A stretch of 64,000 bases of DNA from positions 76,839 through 140,838 of the forward strand of contig DJVT01000009.1 of NCBI GenBank assembly GCA_002441305.1, in the 5' to 3' direction. Below, piece after piece: positions 36,610-45,137 of this stretch (the stretch's first letter is position 1; every line of letters starts with the position of its first letter). The translations under genes were made by a program, and so were the position numbers. The notes beneath the pieces are model-generated. The model did not search any database, was not told where the DNA came from, and was given only the letters and a program-made list of their open reading frames with translations. The stretch comes from Candidatus Omnitrophica bacterium UBA6249 (GTDB lineage Bacteria > Omnitrophota > Gorgyraeia > Gygaellales > Profunditerraquicolaceae).

Positions 36610-38455
36610 GGTTGTCCTAGGCCTGCCTGTAGACGGGCCGTTCGATTATCTTGTGCCGGCCGGCCTGGAGGGCAAGATGCGTATCGGCGCCAGGGTATGG
36701 GTGAATTTCCGCAACAAGAAAGAGGTCGCTTATGTCACCGGCCTTACCGCCAGGACGAAGATTAAAAATATAAAAGAGATTTCTTCTTTGATCGACATTA
36801 TCCCCGCCATCGATGATGGGATGATGTCTTTGTGTTCCGGCCTTGCGGAGTATTACTGCTGTTCTTTGGGTGAGGCGATCGAGACCGCGCTTCCTGAGGG
36901 GCTGAGGAAAGGGAAGGAGGTTTTGTCCCCGGTCGCTTCGGCTTCCGGCGGCAGCCTCGCAATGACAAAAACGAATGATCCGGCAGTGGCGGGGGGGATG
37001 CCGGTTTTTGTCCGGGGCCAGGACAGGATGCCTGTTTATTTGAAGTATATAAAGGAAGCTTTGGCCTCCGGGCGTTCGGCGATAATCCTGTTCAGCGATA
37101 TACGCGAGGCCGAAGAGGCCAGGGGGAGGATTGCCAGGGATTCGGGGGCGGAGGTGTTTTCGGTCTTCCGCAAACAGCCGGGGGAGCTTGAGATCTGGCA
37201 GTCGATCAGGGGCTTGTCCAGTTGCGTTGTCGTGGGCACCCGTTCCGGCATCTTTGCCCCGGTAAATAACCTGGGCCTTGTAATAATCGACCGTGAACAG
37301 GACCAGGTTTATAAACAGGAGCAGGCGCCCCATTACCACGCCAGGCAGGCGGCTTTGATGCGCAGCAGGATATGCGGGGCAAAACTTGTTTTAGGCGGGA
37401 CAGTCCCCTCTTTGGAAAGTTTTTTTCTCTTCCGCGAGGGCAAGCTTCAAGTCGAGGACTTGCCTTCGCAAAGCCTTTATCCTGCGGTGCAGGTTATCGA
37501 CAACAGGAGGCTGGCTTACGCGGACAGGAAATCCAAGCCCGTGATTTCGAAGTTCCTGTCGGATGCAATCTTTAAGGTCCTTTCGGATAAAGGGAAGGTG
37601 CTGGTATTTATCGAGCGCAAGGGGTTTGCCACGAGCGCGTTCTGTCATAATTGCGGGGCGCCTTTAAAATGCCCGCGATGCAGTATAAACCTGGTTTTTC
37701 ATTTCGACGAAGACAAGTTAAGGTGCCACCATTGCAATTTCAAGATGGATGTGCCGAAGATCTGCCCGAGCTGCAACTCCGGATATATTAAATATTCCGG
37801 ACTCGGCACGGAAAAACTGGAAAGCGAGCTTGCCAGGATGTTCCCTCAGGCGCGCATAGGGATAATAGGGGAAGGGGATGCCGAACTTGGCAGCGCGGAT
37901 ATTTTTGTTTCTACCAGCGTGGTGCTCAAACACCGTAATTTGAAGTTTGACCTGACGGGGGTAATCTCTATAGATAATTCCCTGAACCGGGTTGATTTCC
38001 GCGCGGCAGAGAAGGCATTTTCCCTGCTCACCGAACTGGCGGGCCGGAGCGCTAGGATGGTCATACAGAGCGCCAACGCCGGGCATTATTGTTTTAGGGC
38101 GCTGGTAAAGAATGACCAGGGGTTATTCCTGCAGGAGGAGCTGCGTCAGCGTAAACAGTTGAATTTTCCCCCGTATAAGCATATGATATTGCTTAAGCTC
38201 AGGTCGGCAAGCCTGAGCAAGGTAAAAGATGCCTCGGCGGGCCTTTTCGAGAAGCTGGGCAGCATTAAAAGCGCGAGCGTAAAATTGCTTTCGCTCAATC
38301 CGTCTCAGCCGGCCAAGTTAAGGGGGAACTTTTATTACCAGATACTGATGCGCGCCTCGCGGGCGGAGAAGGCGGCGCGTTTTTTAAGGCCGTATCTGAA
38401 GGACGGCAGTTTTTCGGGCGTAATCGTGACAGTGGATGTGGATCCGGTGATATGA
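36596..38455 (+). CDS. priA: primosomal protein N' (PriA) with degenerate helicase motifs
   Basis: The N-terminal VLGLPVDGPFDYLVP..G.RVWVNF and the Cys4 x2 zinc region (CHNCGAPLKCPRC...CHHCNF...CPSCNS) are PriA-like. However motif I reads GQDRM and motif II reads DREQ. The ATG at 36596 is preferred over the TTG at 36575. Confidence 0.8.
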   Translation: MLYAKVVLGLPVDGPFDYLVPAGLEGKMRIGARVWVNFRNKKEVAYVTGLTARTKIKNIKEISSLIDIIPAIDDGMMSLCSGLAEYYCCSLGEAIETALPEGLRKGKEVLSPVASASGGSLAMTKTNDPAVAGGMPVFVRGQDRMPVYLKYIKEALASGRSAIILFSDIREAEEARGRIARDSGAEVFSVFRKQPGELEIWQSIRGLSSCVVVGTRSGIFAPVNNLGLVIIDREQDQVYKQEQAPHYHARQAALMRSRICGAKLVLGGTVPSLESFFLFREGKLQVEDLPSQSLYPAVQVIDNRRLAYADRKSKPVISKFLSDAIFKVLSDKGKVLVFIERKGFATSAFCHNCGAPLKCPRCSINLVFHFDEDKLRCHHCNFKMDVPKICPSCNSGYIKYSGLGTEKLESELARMFPQARIGIIGEGDAELGSADIFVSTSVVLKHRNLKFDLTGVISIDNSLNRVDFRAAEKAFSLLTELAGRSARMVIQSANAGHYCFRALVKNDQGLFLQEELRQRKQLNFPPYKHMILLKLRSASLSKVKDASAGLFEKLGSIKSASVKLLSLNPSQPAKLRGNFYYQILMRASRAEKAARFLRPYLKDGSFSGVIVTVDVDPVI

Positions 38456-39423
38456 AGATAATATTTTTTGGAAGCGCACATTTTGCAGTTCCTTCCCTTA
38501 AGGCCTTGATCAAAAGCGGCCATGAGGTATCCTGCGTGGTTACCCAGCCGGATAAGAAAAAAGGCAGGCATATGCATTTATCCGGCACGGACGTAAAGAC
38601 TACCGCGGAGAAAGCGGGCCTTGAGATTTTTCAGCCGGGGGATATCAAAAGTAAGGAGAGCGTGGAATTCCTCAGGGGCTTTAAGGCGGATATTTTTGTT
38701 ATCGTGGCTTACGGCCAAATCCTTTCCCAGGAGGTGCTGGATATACCTAAAATCATGCCGCTTAATATACATGCTTCGCTGCTGCCGCGTTACCGCGGGG
38801 CCGCCCCGATAAATTGGGCGATCATCAATGCGGATAAGAAGACAGGGGTAAGCATCATGTATGTGAGCCTGAAGATGGATTCCGGGCCGGTAATCATGCA
38901 GAAGGAGATCGGCATAGATAAGCAGGATACGGCGGTAAGCCTGGAGGAGAAGCTGCGCCTTTTAGGGGCGGAGCTGCTTATGGATGCGCTCAAGGCGATA
39001 GAGGAAAGGGACTACAGGCTTATCGAGCAGGATGAAGAGAAGGTGATTATTGCCCCTAAGCTCAAGAAAGAGGACGGGTTGATCGACTGGAGCGCGCATG
39101 CTCCGGATATCCATAACCAGGTCAGGGGCGTACTGCCGTGGCCGGGGGCCTTTACCGTTTACCGCGGCAAGATGCTTAAAATTTTTAATACGGAGACAAT
39201 AGCGGCGTTCCCCGGCCATAAGCCTGTCCCGGGAGAGATTGTCAGGGCGGATAAGCATGAGATAGTGGTTGCCTGCGGAAGAGGTTTTTTGAGCATACGG
39301 GAACTGCAGATTGAAGCGGGCAGGCGTATGTGCGCGCATTCTTTTGTCGTAGGCCACAGGCTTAAGGCCGGTGAGGTCTTGGGGAGTTCTCATATTCGTC
39401 ATTCCCGCAATGACACAAAATAG
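38452..39423 (+). CDS. fmt: methionyl-tRNA formyltransferase
   Basis: MKIIFFGSAHFAVPSL and HASLLPRYRGAAPINWAI are characteristic. ATGA overlap with priA. Confidence 0.9.
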   Translation: MKIIFFGSAHFAVPSLKALIKSGHEVSCVVTQPDKKKGRHMHLSGTDVKTTAEKAGLEIFQPGDIKSKESVEFLRGFKADIFVIVAYGQILSQEVLDIPKIMPLNIHASLLPRYRGAAPINWAIINADKKTGVSIMYVSLKMDSGPVIMQKEIGIDKQDTAVSLEEKLRLLGAELLMDALKAIEERDYRLIEQDEEKVIIAPKLKKEDGLIDWSAHAPDIHNQVRGVLPWPGAFTVYRGKMLKIFNTETIAAFPGHKPVPGEIVRADKHEIVVACGRGFLSIRELQIEAGRRMCAHSFVVGHRLKAGEVLGSSHIRHSRNDTK

Positions 39424-39451
39424 TTGCAAGTTAGGGCAGTTCTGTTATAAT
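39424..39451 (+). promoter_or_regulatory. sigma70-type promoter, leaderless geometry (galT-like operon)
   Basis: TTGCAA (39424-39429), 16-nt spacer, TATAAT (39446-39451), then 8 nt to the ATG at 39460. No RBS. Confidence 0.7.
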
Positions 39452-39459
39452 TAAAATCT

Positions 39460-40482
39460 ATGCCAGAGTTAAGGAAAGATCCGATTATAGGTAGATGGGT
39501 AATTATTGCCACTGAGCGCGCGCGCAGGCCCGACCAGTTTTCCGGCCATAAGGAGCACGACGAACAGGGGGAGTGCCCTTTTTGCGAAGGGAGAGAATCC
39601 AATACGCCCCCTGAGATTTATGCCATTCGCCCGCGTAACCCCGCCCGCAATCAGCCGGGATGGGATTTGCGGGTAGTCCCGAGCAAATTTCCTTTTTTAA
39701 AGATAGAGGGTGACCTTGACCGCCGCGGAAACGGCATCTATGACGTGATGAACGGCCTCGGAGCCCATGAGGTAGTGATCGAGACCAACCAGCATATCGC
39801 CAATATGGCGGATTTGAGCGAGGAGCAGATTACCAGGGTGCTCAATTGTTACTCCGACAGGATAACCGACCTGGAAAAGGATCTCAGGCTTAAATATGTG
39901 CTGGTGTTTAAGAATTACGGTAAAGGCTCCGGAGGGGGAGCGATAAGGCATTCCCGCTCGCAGTTGATCGCCACTCCCGTCAACCCCAAGCGGGTAAAAG
40001 AGGAGCTCGCCGGGGCAAGGCGTTATTATGAATACCATGAGCGTTGTGTTTTCTGCGACTTGATCAAACAGGAGCTTGAGCAGAAGGAGCGCGTGATCGC
40101 CGAGTTCGACGGCTTTGTGGCGGTTGCGCCGTTTGCGGCGAGATTTCCCTTCGAGACCTGGATTTTGCCGAAGAACCACTGCTGCGATTATACTTGTATG
40201 GACCCGGATTCGAGGAGGCATCTTGCCCGGGTGCTCAAGAGCGTGCTTCTTAAGCTGAAGGTGGGGTTGAACGATCCGGATTACAATTACGTTATCCATA
40301 CCGCACCGTTCCGCAGGCAGAAGACCGGCTACTGGAAGACAATCGACCACGATTACCATTGGCATATCGAGATTATGCCGCGCCTGACAAGGGTGGCGGG
40401 TTTTGAATGGGGGACGGGTTTCTATATCTGTCCGCTTCCTCCTGAGGAGACAGCGAAGTTTTTAAGAGAGGTGGAGATTTAA
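39460..40482 (+). CDS. GalT-family (HIT superfamily, galactose-1-P uridylyltransferase/ADP-glucose phosphorylase-like) protein, atypical active site
   Basis: CPFCEG, GAHEVVIE and YHWHIEIMP are conserved, but the HPHxQ motif is replaced by HSRSQ. Confidence 0.75.
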   Translation: MPELRKDPIIGRWVIIATERARRPDQFSGHKEHDEQGECPFCEGRESNTPPEIYAIRPRNPARNQPGWDLRVVPSKFPFLKIEGDLDRRGNGIYDVMNGLGAHEVVIETNQHIANMADLSEEQITRVLNCYSDRITDLEKDLRLKYVLVFKNYGKGSGGGAIRHSRSQLIATPVNPKRVKEELAGARRYYEYHERCVFCDLIKQELEQKERVIAEFDGFVAVAPFAARFPFETWILPKNHCCDYTCMDPDSRRHLARVLKSVLLKLKVGLNDPDYNYVIHTAPFRRQKTGYWKTIDHDYHWHIEIMPRLTRVAGFEWGTGFYICPLPPEETAKFLREVEI

Positions 40483-40483
40483 G

Positions 40484-41485
40484 ATGCCAGAGCTGAGGAG
40501 AGATCCGGTTGTGGGCAGATGGGTGATTGTGGATACAGACCATCCTAACAAGCCGGAGGATTTCGAATACGAGCGTTATGTGCCGGCAGGCGGGCTGTGC
40601 CCGTTTTGTTACGGCAACGAGTTTATGACTCCTCCGGAGATAAGCTGTTTCCGCGATCCTTCCACTGCGCCGAACAGCCCCGGCTGGCAGGTGCGCGTGG
40701 TGGCGAACAAGTTTCCCGCATTGCAGATAGAAGGTGATCTTGACCGCAGGGGCATAGGCATCTACGACATGTCAAACGGCGTGGGCGCACATGAAGTGCT
40801 CATCGAGACCCCTTACCATAATAAGGATATTCCCGAGCTCCTGCCGCATGAGATAGAAAGTTACCTGAGGATGTGCTGTGTGCGCGCCGCAGACCTGAAG
40901 AGGGACAGCCGTTTTAAATACATTATGATCTTCCGTAATTACGGGTCGGCCGCCGGAGCATCGCTGGAGCATCCGCATACCCAGCTTATCGCGCTGCCCA
41001 TGGTCCCGAAGAATGCGCTGGAGGAGATACACGGAGCGCAGAATTACTATAACTACCGGGAGCGCTGTATTTACTGCGACATAATCCGCCAGGAGCTGCA
41101 GGATAAGGTCAGGCTGATTACGGAGAACAAGAGCTTCATTTCTTTTTGCCCGTTTGTCTCAAGGTTCCCGTTCGAGATTATGATTATGCCCAGGCAGCAC
41201 AGCGGGTATTTTTGCCATATGAACGACGGCCAGCTTTCCGACCTGGCGGCGATATTGAGAGAAACGCTGGCGAAATTAAAAAAAGTATTTGAAAATTTGT
41301 CATATAATTATATAATTCATTCTGCGCCTATTAACGGTGATTCTGACGTAGAATATTATCATTGGCATCTTGAAATCATGCCTAAGCTGACGCAAGTAGC
41401 AGGTTTTGAATGGGGGACTGGTTTCTACCTTGATCAAACCTCGCCTGAATTAGCCGCGCAGTATTTAAAAGCCGTAAAAGAATAA
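40484..41485 (+). CDS. galT: GalT-family nucleotidyltransferase (canonical HPHTQ active site)
   Basis: CPFCYG, GAHEVLIE, EHPHTQLIALP and YHWHLEIMP are all present. The start is 1 nt after the stop of its paralogue. Confidence 0.8.
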   Translation: MPELRRDPVVGRWVIVDTDHPNKPEDFEYERYVPAGGLCPFCYGNEFMTPPEISCFRDPSTAPNSPGWQVRVVANKFPALQIEGDLDRRGIGIYDMSNGVGAHEVLIETPYHNKDIPELLPHEIESYLRMCCVRAADLKRDSRFKYIMIFRNYGSAAGASLEHPHTQLIALPMVPKNALEEIHGAQNYYNYRERCIYCDIIRQELQDKVRLITENKSFISFCPFVSRFPFEIMIMPRQHSGYFCHMNDGQLSDLAAILRETLAKLKKVFENLSYNYIIHSAPINGDSDVEYYHWHLEIMPKLTQVAGFEWGTGFYLDQTSPELAAQYLKAVKE

Positions 41486-41552
41486 TCCCCTACAAAGCAG
41501 TAGGTAAGATATCGTGATAATTTATCAATAATATCAAGTAAGGAGGAGAGAA

Positions 41553-42605
41553 ATGGCTGTTAAGGTTGGTATAAATGGTTTTGGAAGGATAGGCCGCTTG
41601 GTGGCCCGGGCGATTATGGAAAAGAATTCCAAGGATATCGAGCTGGTGGCAATCAATGATTTGACCGACGCCAAGAGCAACGCTTATCTTTTTAAATACG
41701 ATTCCGTGCACGGGCGTTTCGACGGAGAGGTCAAGGCGACGAGCGAGGATGTGATCTCGGTCAACGGCAAGGATATCAAGGTTTTGAGCAAGAGGGACCC
41801 CGCCGAACTCCCCTGGAAGGACCTGGGCGTTGAGATAGTCGTGGAATCGACCGGTTTGTTCACAATCAAGAAAGACGGCATCAATAAAAAAGGCAAGCAG
41901 GTAAAAGGCGCGGAGAACCATATAACCAAGGGCGGCGCCAAGAAAGTTATCATTTCCGCCCCTGCCCAGGATGAGGATATAACTATTGTTATGGGCGTGA
42001 ACGAGTCGAAATACGACCCGAAGAACCATAATGTGATCTCCAACGCTTCCTGCACTACCAACTGCCTTGCTCCTATTTCGAAGGTAATGAATGATAAATG
42101 GGGCATTGTCAAAGGGCTGATGACTACGATACATTCTTATACCAATGACCAGAAGGTGCAGGATATGGCGCATTCGGATTTGCGCCGCGCCCGCGCCGCA
42201 GCGGTTTCCATGATCCCTACTTCTACGGGGGCAGCCAAGGCAATATCCCTGGTTATCCCGGAGTTAAAAGGGAAGCTGGACGGGTTTGCCATACGCGTGC
42301 CCACGCCGAATGTCTCGGTAGTCGATCTGACCGTTACTCTTGGCAAAAAGGCGAGCGTAGAAGAGTTGAACGCCGCTTTCAAGGAGGCTTCCGAAGGGGC
42401 AATGAAGGGTATTCTCGGGTATACCGAGGACCCGGTGGTATCGGTTGATTTCAACCATTGCAAGTTAAGCTCCATACTCGATGCAAAAAGCACCAAGGTT
42501 ATCCAGGATGATTTTGTCAAAGTGCTCTCCTGGTATGACAATGAATGGGGTTATTCCAACCGCGTAGTTGACCTGTGTGAGTATATCGTAAATAAAGGGT
42601 TATAA
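41553..42605 (+). CDS. gap: glyceraldehyde-3-phosphate dehydrogenase (type I)
   Basis: INGFGRIGR and [12 protein letters not shown] are diagnostic. RBS aaggagga. Confidence 0.95.
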   Translation: MAVKVGINGFGRIGRLVARAIMEKNSKDIELVAINDLTDAKSNAYLFKYDSVHGRFDGEVKATSEDVISVNGKDIKVLSKRDPAELPWKDLGVEIVVESTGLFTIKKDGINKKGKQVKGAENHITKGGAKKVIISAPAQDEDITIVMGVNESKYDPKNHNVISNASCTTNCLAPISKVMNDKWGIVKGLMTTIHSYTNDQKVQDMAHSDLRRARAAAVSMIPTSTGAAKAISLVIPELKGKLDGFAIRVPTPNVSVVDLTVTLGKKASVEELNAAFKEASEGAMKGILGYTEDPVVSVDFNHCKLSSILDAKSTKVIQDDFVKVLSWYDNEWGYSNRVVDLCEYIVNKGL

Positions 42606-42625
42606 GAGCGGGAGGAAACAAGAAA

Positions 42626-43813
42626 ATGGCAAAACTGACCTTGAAGGATGTCGATTTAAACGGTAAGACGGTGCTGGTGCGCGCGGATTTCAATGTCCCG
42701 CAGGACGCCAGTTTGAATATTACGGATGATACCCGTATCAGGGCGACTATCCCGACCTTGAAGTATATCCTTGAGCATGGCGCAAAGAAGCTTGTGCTGA
42801 TGAGCCATTTGGGCAGGCCGGACGGAAAGGCCGTGCCTAAATACAGCCTTAAGCAGGTGGCGATCCGCCTGAAGGAGCTTCTGGGTACGGATGTCCTTTT
42901 CCTCGGCGATTGCGTGGGGGAGGGTATCAAGCCGGATATCGATAAATCGAACGAGAAGGTGGTTTTGCTGGAGAACCTGCGTTACCATTCCGAAGAGGAG
43001 GGTAATGATGCGGATTTTGCCAAACAGCTGTCCTCTCTGGCGGATGTTTTTGTCAATGACGCTTTCGGTACCGCCCACCGGGCGCACGCTTCTACCGAAG
43101 GAGTAACGCATTATCTAAAGTCATGCGCCGGGCTGCTCCTGGAGAAGGAGATAAAATACCTGGGTGATTCTCTTAAGAATCCCGAGAAGCCTTTCGTGGT
43201 GATCCTGGGAGGGGCAAAGGTATCGGATAAGATAGGGGTTATCGAAAACCTCCTGCCTAAGTGCGAAGCGATAATCGTGGGCGGGGGCATGGCCTATACT
43301 TTTCTCAAGGCGCAGGGAAAACAAATCGGCAATTCCAAACTGGAGAAGGACAAACTGGACCTGGCTAAATCCATATTGGATAAAGCCAAGGAATTAAACA
43401 AAGAGATCCTGCTTCCTGTGGATAATGTAGTGGTCGACAATATAGACACTGCGGCAAAGAGCGAGGTCTGCGGGGAAGACGTCCCTGAAGGTAAGATTGC
43501 AGTGGATATCGGGCCGAAGACGGTCAAGCTGTTTGAGGACAAGCTAAAGACGGCGAAGACAATCGTTTGGAACGGGCCGATGGGTATATTCGAGATGGAT
43601 GCCTTCAGTAACGGCACTCGGGAATTGGCCGGTTATATCGCCGCCCTGCCAGGCTGCATTTCGATTATCGGAGGAGGAGATACCGCTGCGGCGGTGGCTA
43701 AGTTTAAACTGGAAGACAGGATGACGCATATATCAACCGGCGGAGGCGCGAGCCTGGAGTTCCTGGAAGGCAAGGAACTGCCGGGAATTAAGGCGCTTAC
43801 AGATAAGGAATAA
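42626..43813 (+). CDS. pgk: phosphoglycerate kinase
   Basis: [15 protein letters not shown] and [13 protein letters not shown] are diagnostic. Confidence 0.95.
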   Translation: MAKLTLKDVDLNGKTVLVRADFNVPQDASLNITDDTRIRATIPTLKYILEHGAKKLVLMSHLGRPDGKAVPKYSLKQVAIRLKELLGTDVLFLGDCVGEGIKPDIDKSNEKVVLLENLRYHSEEEGNDADFAKQLSSLADVFVNDAFGTAHRAHASTEGVTHYLKSCAGLLLEKEIKYLGDSLKNPEKPFVVILGGAKVSDKIGVIENLLPKCEAIIVGGGMAYTFLKAQGKQIGNSKLEKDKLDLAKSILDKAKELNKEILLPVDNVVVDNIDTAAKSEVCGEDVPEGKIAVDIGPKTVKLFEDKLKTAKTIVWNGPMGIFEMDAFSNGTRELAGYIAALPGCISIIGGGDTAAAVAKFKLEDRMTHISTGGGASLEFLEGKELPGIKALTDKE

Positions 43814-43814
43814 G

Positions 43815-44582
43815 ATGAGAAAAACGATTATCGCGGGAAACTGGAAGATGTACAAGACAATTAAAGAGGGGCAGGTTTTGGTTGCCGCTTTGAAAAGAGA
43901 ATTGTATAAGATAGAGAATACGGATATTGTGGTATGCCCGCCTTTTACCGCGTTGGCTTACCTGGCCGACGACTTGAAGGAGAGCAATATTTCCGTAGGG
44001 GCCCAGGATATCTATTGGCAGGAGGAGGGGGCTTTTACCGGAGAGGTTTCCCCGGCGATGCTCAAGGATGCGGGGTGCCAGTATGTGATTATCGGGCATT
44101 CCGAGCGCAGGCAGTATTTCGGGGAGACTAACGAGACGGTGAACAAGAAGATCAAGGCTACTCTCAAGGCCGGGCTTTTTCCGATCATGTGCGTAGGAGA
44201 AAACCTGCAGGAGAGAGAGGCCGGCAAGGCATTCGAGGTGATCGAGGACCATGTCGCCAACGGGCTGTCTGAAATAAGCGCAGAGGAAGTATTGAAGATG
44301 GTAGTTGCTTATGAGCCGGTTTGGGCGATAGGAACAGGCAAGACCGCCACTCCCGAACAGGCCCAGGAGGTTCACGCCTTCATCCGCGGGCTGCTCAAGA
44401 AAAAATATGGGCAGGAGGTTGCCGGGAACATCAGGATCCAGTACGGCGGAAGCGTCAAGCCGGAGAATATCACGGAGCTGATGAATAAATCGGATGTGGA
44501 CGGCGCCTTGGTCGGCGGGGCAAGTTTGAAAGCGGATTCTTTCAGCGCCATAGTTTCCAGGGCAAGCGAGGTTACGAAATGA
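43815..44582 (+). CDS. tpiA: triose-phosphate isomerase
   Basis: [14 protein letters not shown] and [11 protein letters not shown] are diagnostic. Confidence 0.95.
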   Translation: MRKTIIAGNWKMYKTIKEGQVLVAALKRELYKIENTDIVVCPPFTALAYLADDLKESNISVGAQDIYWQEEGAFTGEVSPAMLKDAGCQYVIIGHSERRQYFGETNETVNKKIKATLKAGLFPIMCVGENLQEREAGKAFEVIEDHVANGLSEISAEEVLKMVVAYEPVWAIGTGKTATPEQAQEVHAFIRGLLKKKYGQEVAGNIRIQYGGSVKPENITELMNKSDVDGALVGGASLKADSFSAIVSRASEVTK

Positions 44583-44959
44583 TGACTTTTATAATCATAA
44601 TTCATGTGATTGCCTGCGCGGTATTAATTACTTTGGTTTTGATACAGCGCGGCAGAGGCGGTGGGCTGGTTGAGAGTTTCGCGGGGGTGGAGTCGATGTT
44701 CGGGACAAAGACGAGCAGCTTCCTTACGCGTACCACCACGATTATGTCGATAGTTTTCTTTTTTACTTGTTTGAGCCTTGCGGTGCTTTCCGTCAAGCAG
44801 AGTAAGTCATTGATGCGCGCGGTGAAGACTGAAACAAAACAGCAGTCCGTCAAACAGGAGCCTTCCAAGGCAGATGCCGTTAAAACGGAGACGGTAAAAT
44901 CGGAACCGGCAAAAGCAGATGCGGGACAAGCCCCTGTTGCACAAGAGAAGAGTAAGTAA
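44579..44959 (+). CDS. secG: preprotein translocase subunit SecG with Lys/Glu/Thr-rich C-terminal extension
   Basis: LIQRGRGGGL...FG...FLTR is the SecG core, in the gap-pgk-tpiA-secG order. The C-terminal ~45 aa contain two VKTET...EP(S/A)KADA repeats. Confidence 0.8.
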   Translation: MMTFIIIIHVIACAVLITLVLIQRGRGGGLVESFAGVESMFGTKTSSFLTRTTTIMSIVFFFTCLSLAVLSVKQSKSLMRAVKTETKQQSVKQEPSKADAVKTETVKSEPAKADAGQAPVAQEKSK

Positions 44960-44982
44960 CAATAAACAATCTTACATAATTT

Positions 44983-45013
44983 AAGGCTACCAGATTACCT
45001 GGTAGCCTTTCTT
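44983..45013 (+). terminator. rho-independent terminator after secG
   Basis: An 11-bp stem, AAGGCTACCAG (44983-44993) pairing with CTGGTAGCCTT (44999-45009), with a 5-nt loop, followed by TTTCTT. Confidence 0.65.
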
Positions 45014-45015
45014 AT

Positions 45016-45137
45016 GTAGACAGTTTATATAACTGTCTGATTTTATTTAAGTTACAAAACAAATACGCGAGGTTGAAAAAAAGGGAGTATTTCTTTTGTA
45101 AACTTATATATCGCAATTAATTGCGTAAACTGTCTAT
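45016..45137. repeat. bipartite intergenic element, inverted doublet C (upstream of transporter gene)
   Basis: Reverse arm: gtagacagtttatataac (45016-45033), N18, ttacaaaacaaatac (45052-45066). Forward arm: gtatttcttttgtaa (45087-45101), N18, attgcgtaaactgtctat (45120-45137). The ATG at 45136 overlaps the box end. Confidence 0.85.

Noticed and set aside
30254-45137. Palindromic doublets interpreted as integron attC sites, MITEs or REPIN-type mobile repeats
   Set aside because: The flanking genes are housekeeping or operon genes, not cassettes, and no integrase or RAYT-like transposase is present. I see no target-site duplications. The R'/R'' cores only loosely resemble GTTRRRY. The internal spacers differ completely between copies while their length is fixed at 18 nt, which argues for functional constraint rather than copy-paste spread. 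The GTAG start of the reverse box does resemble REP heads, so this is not fully excluded.
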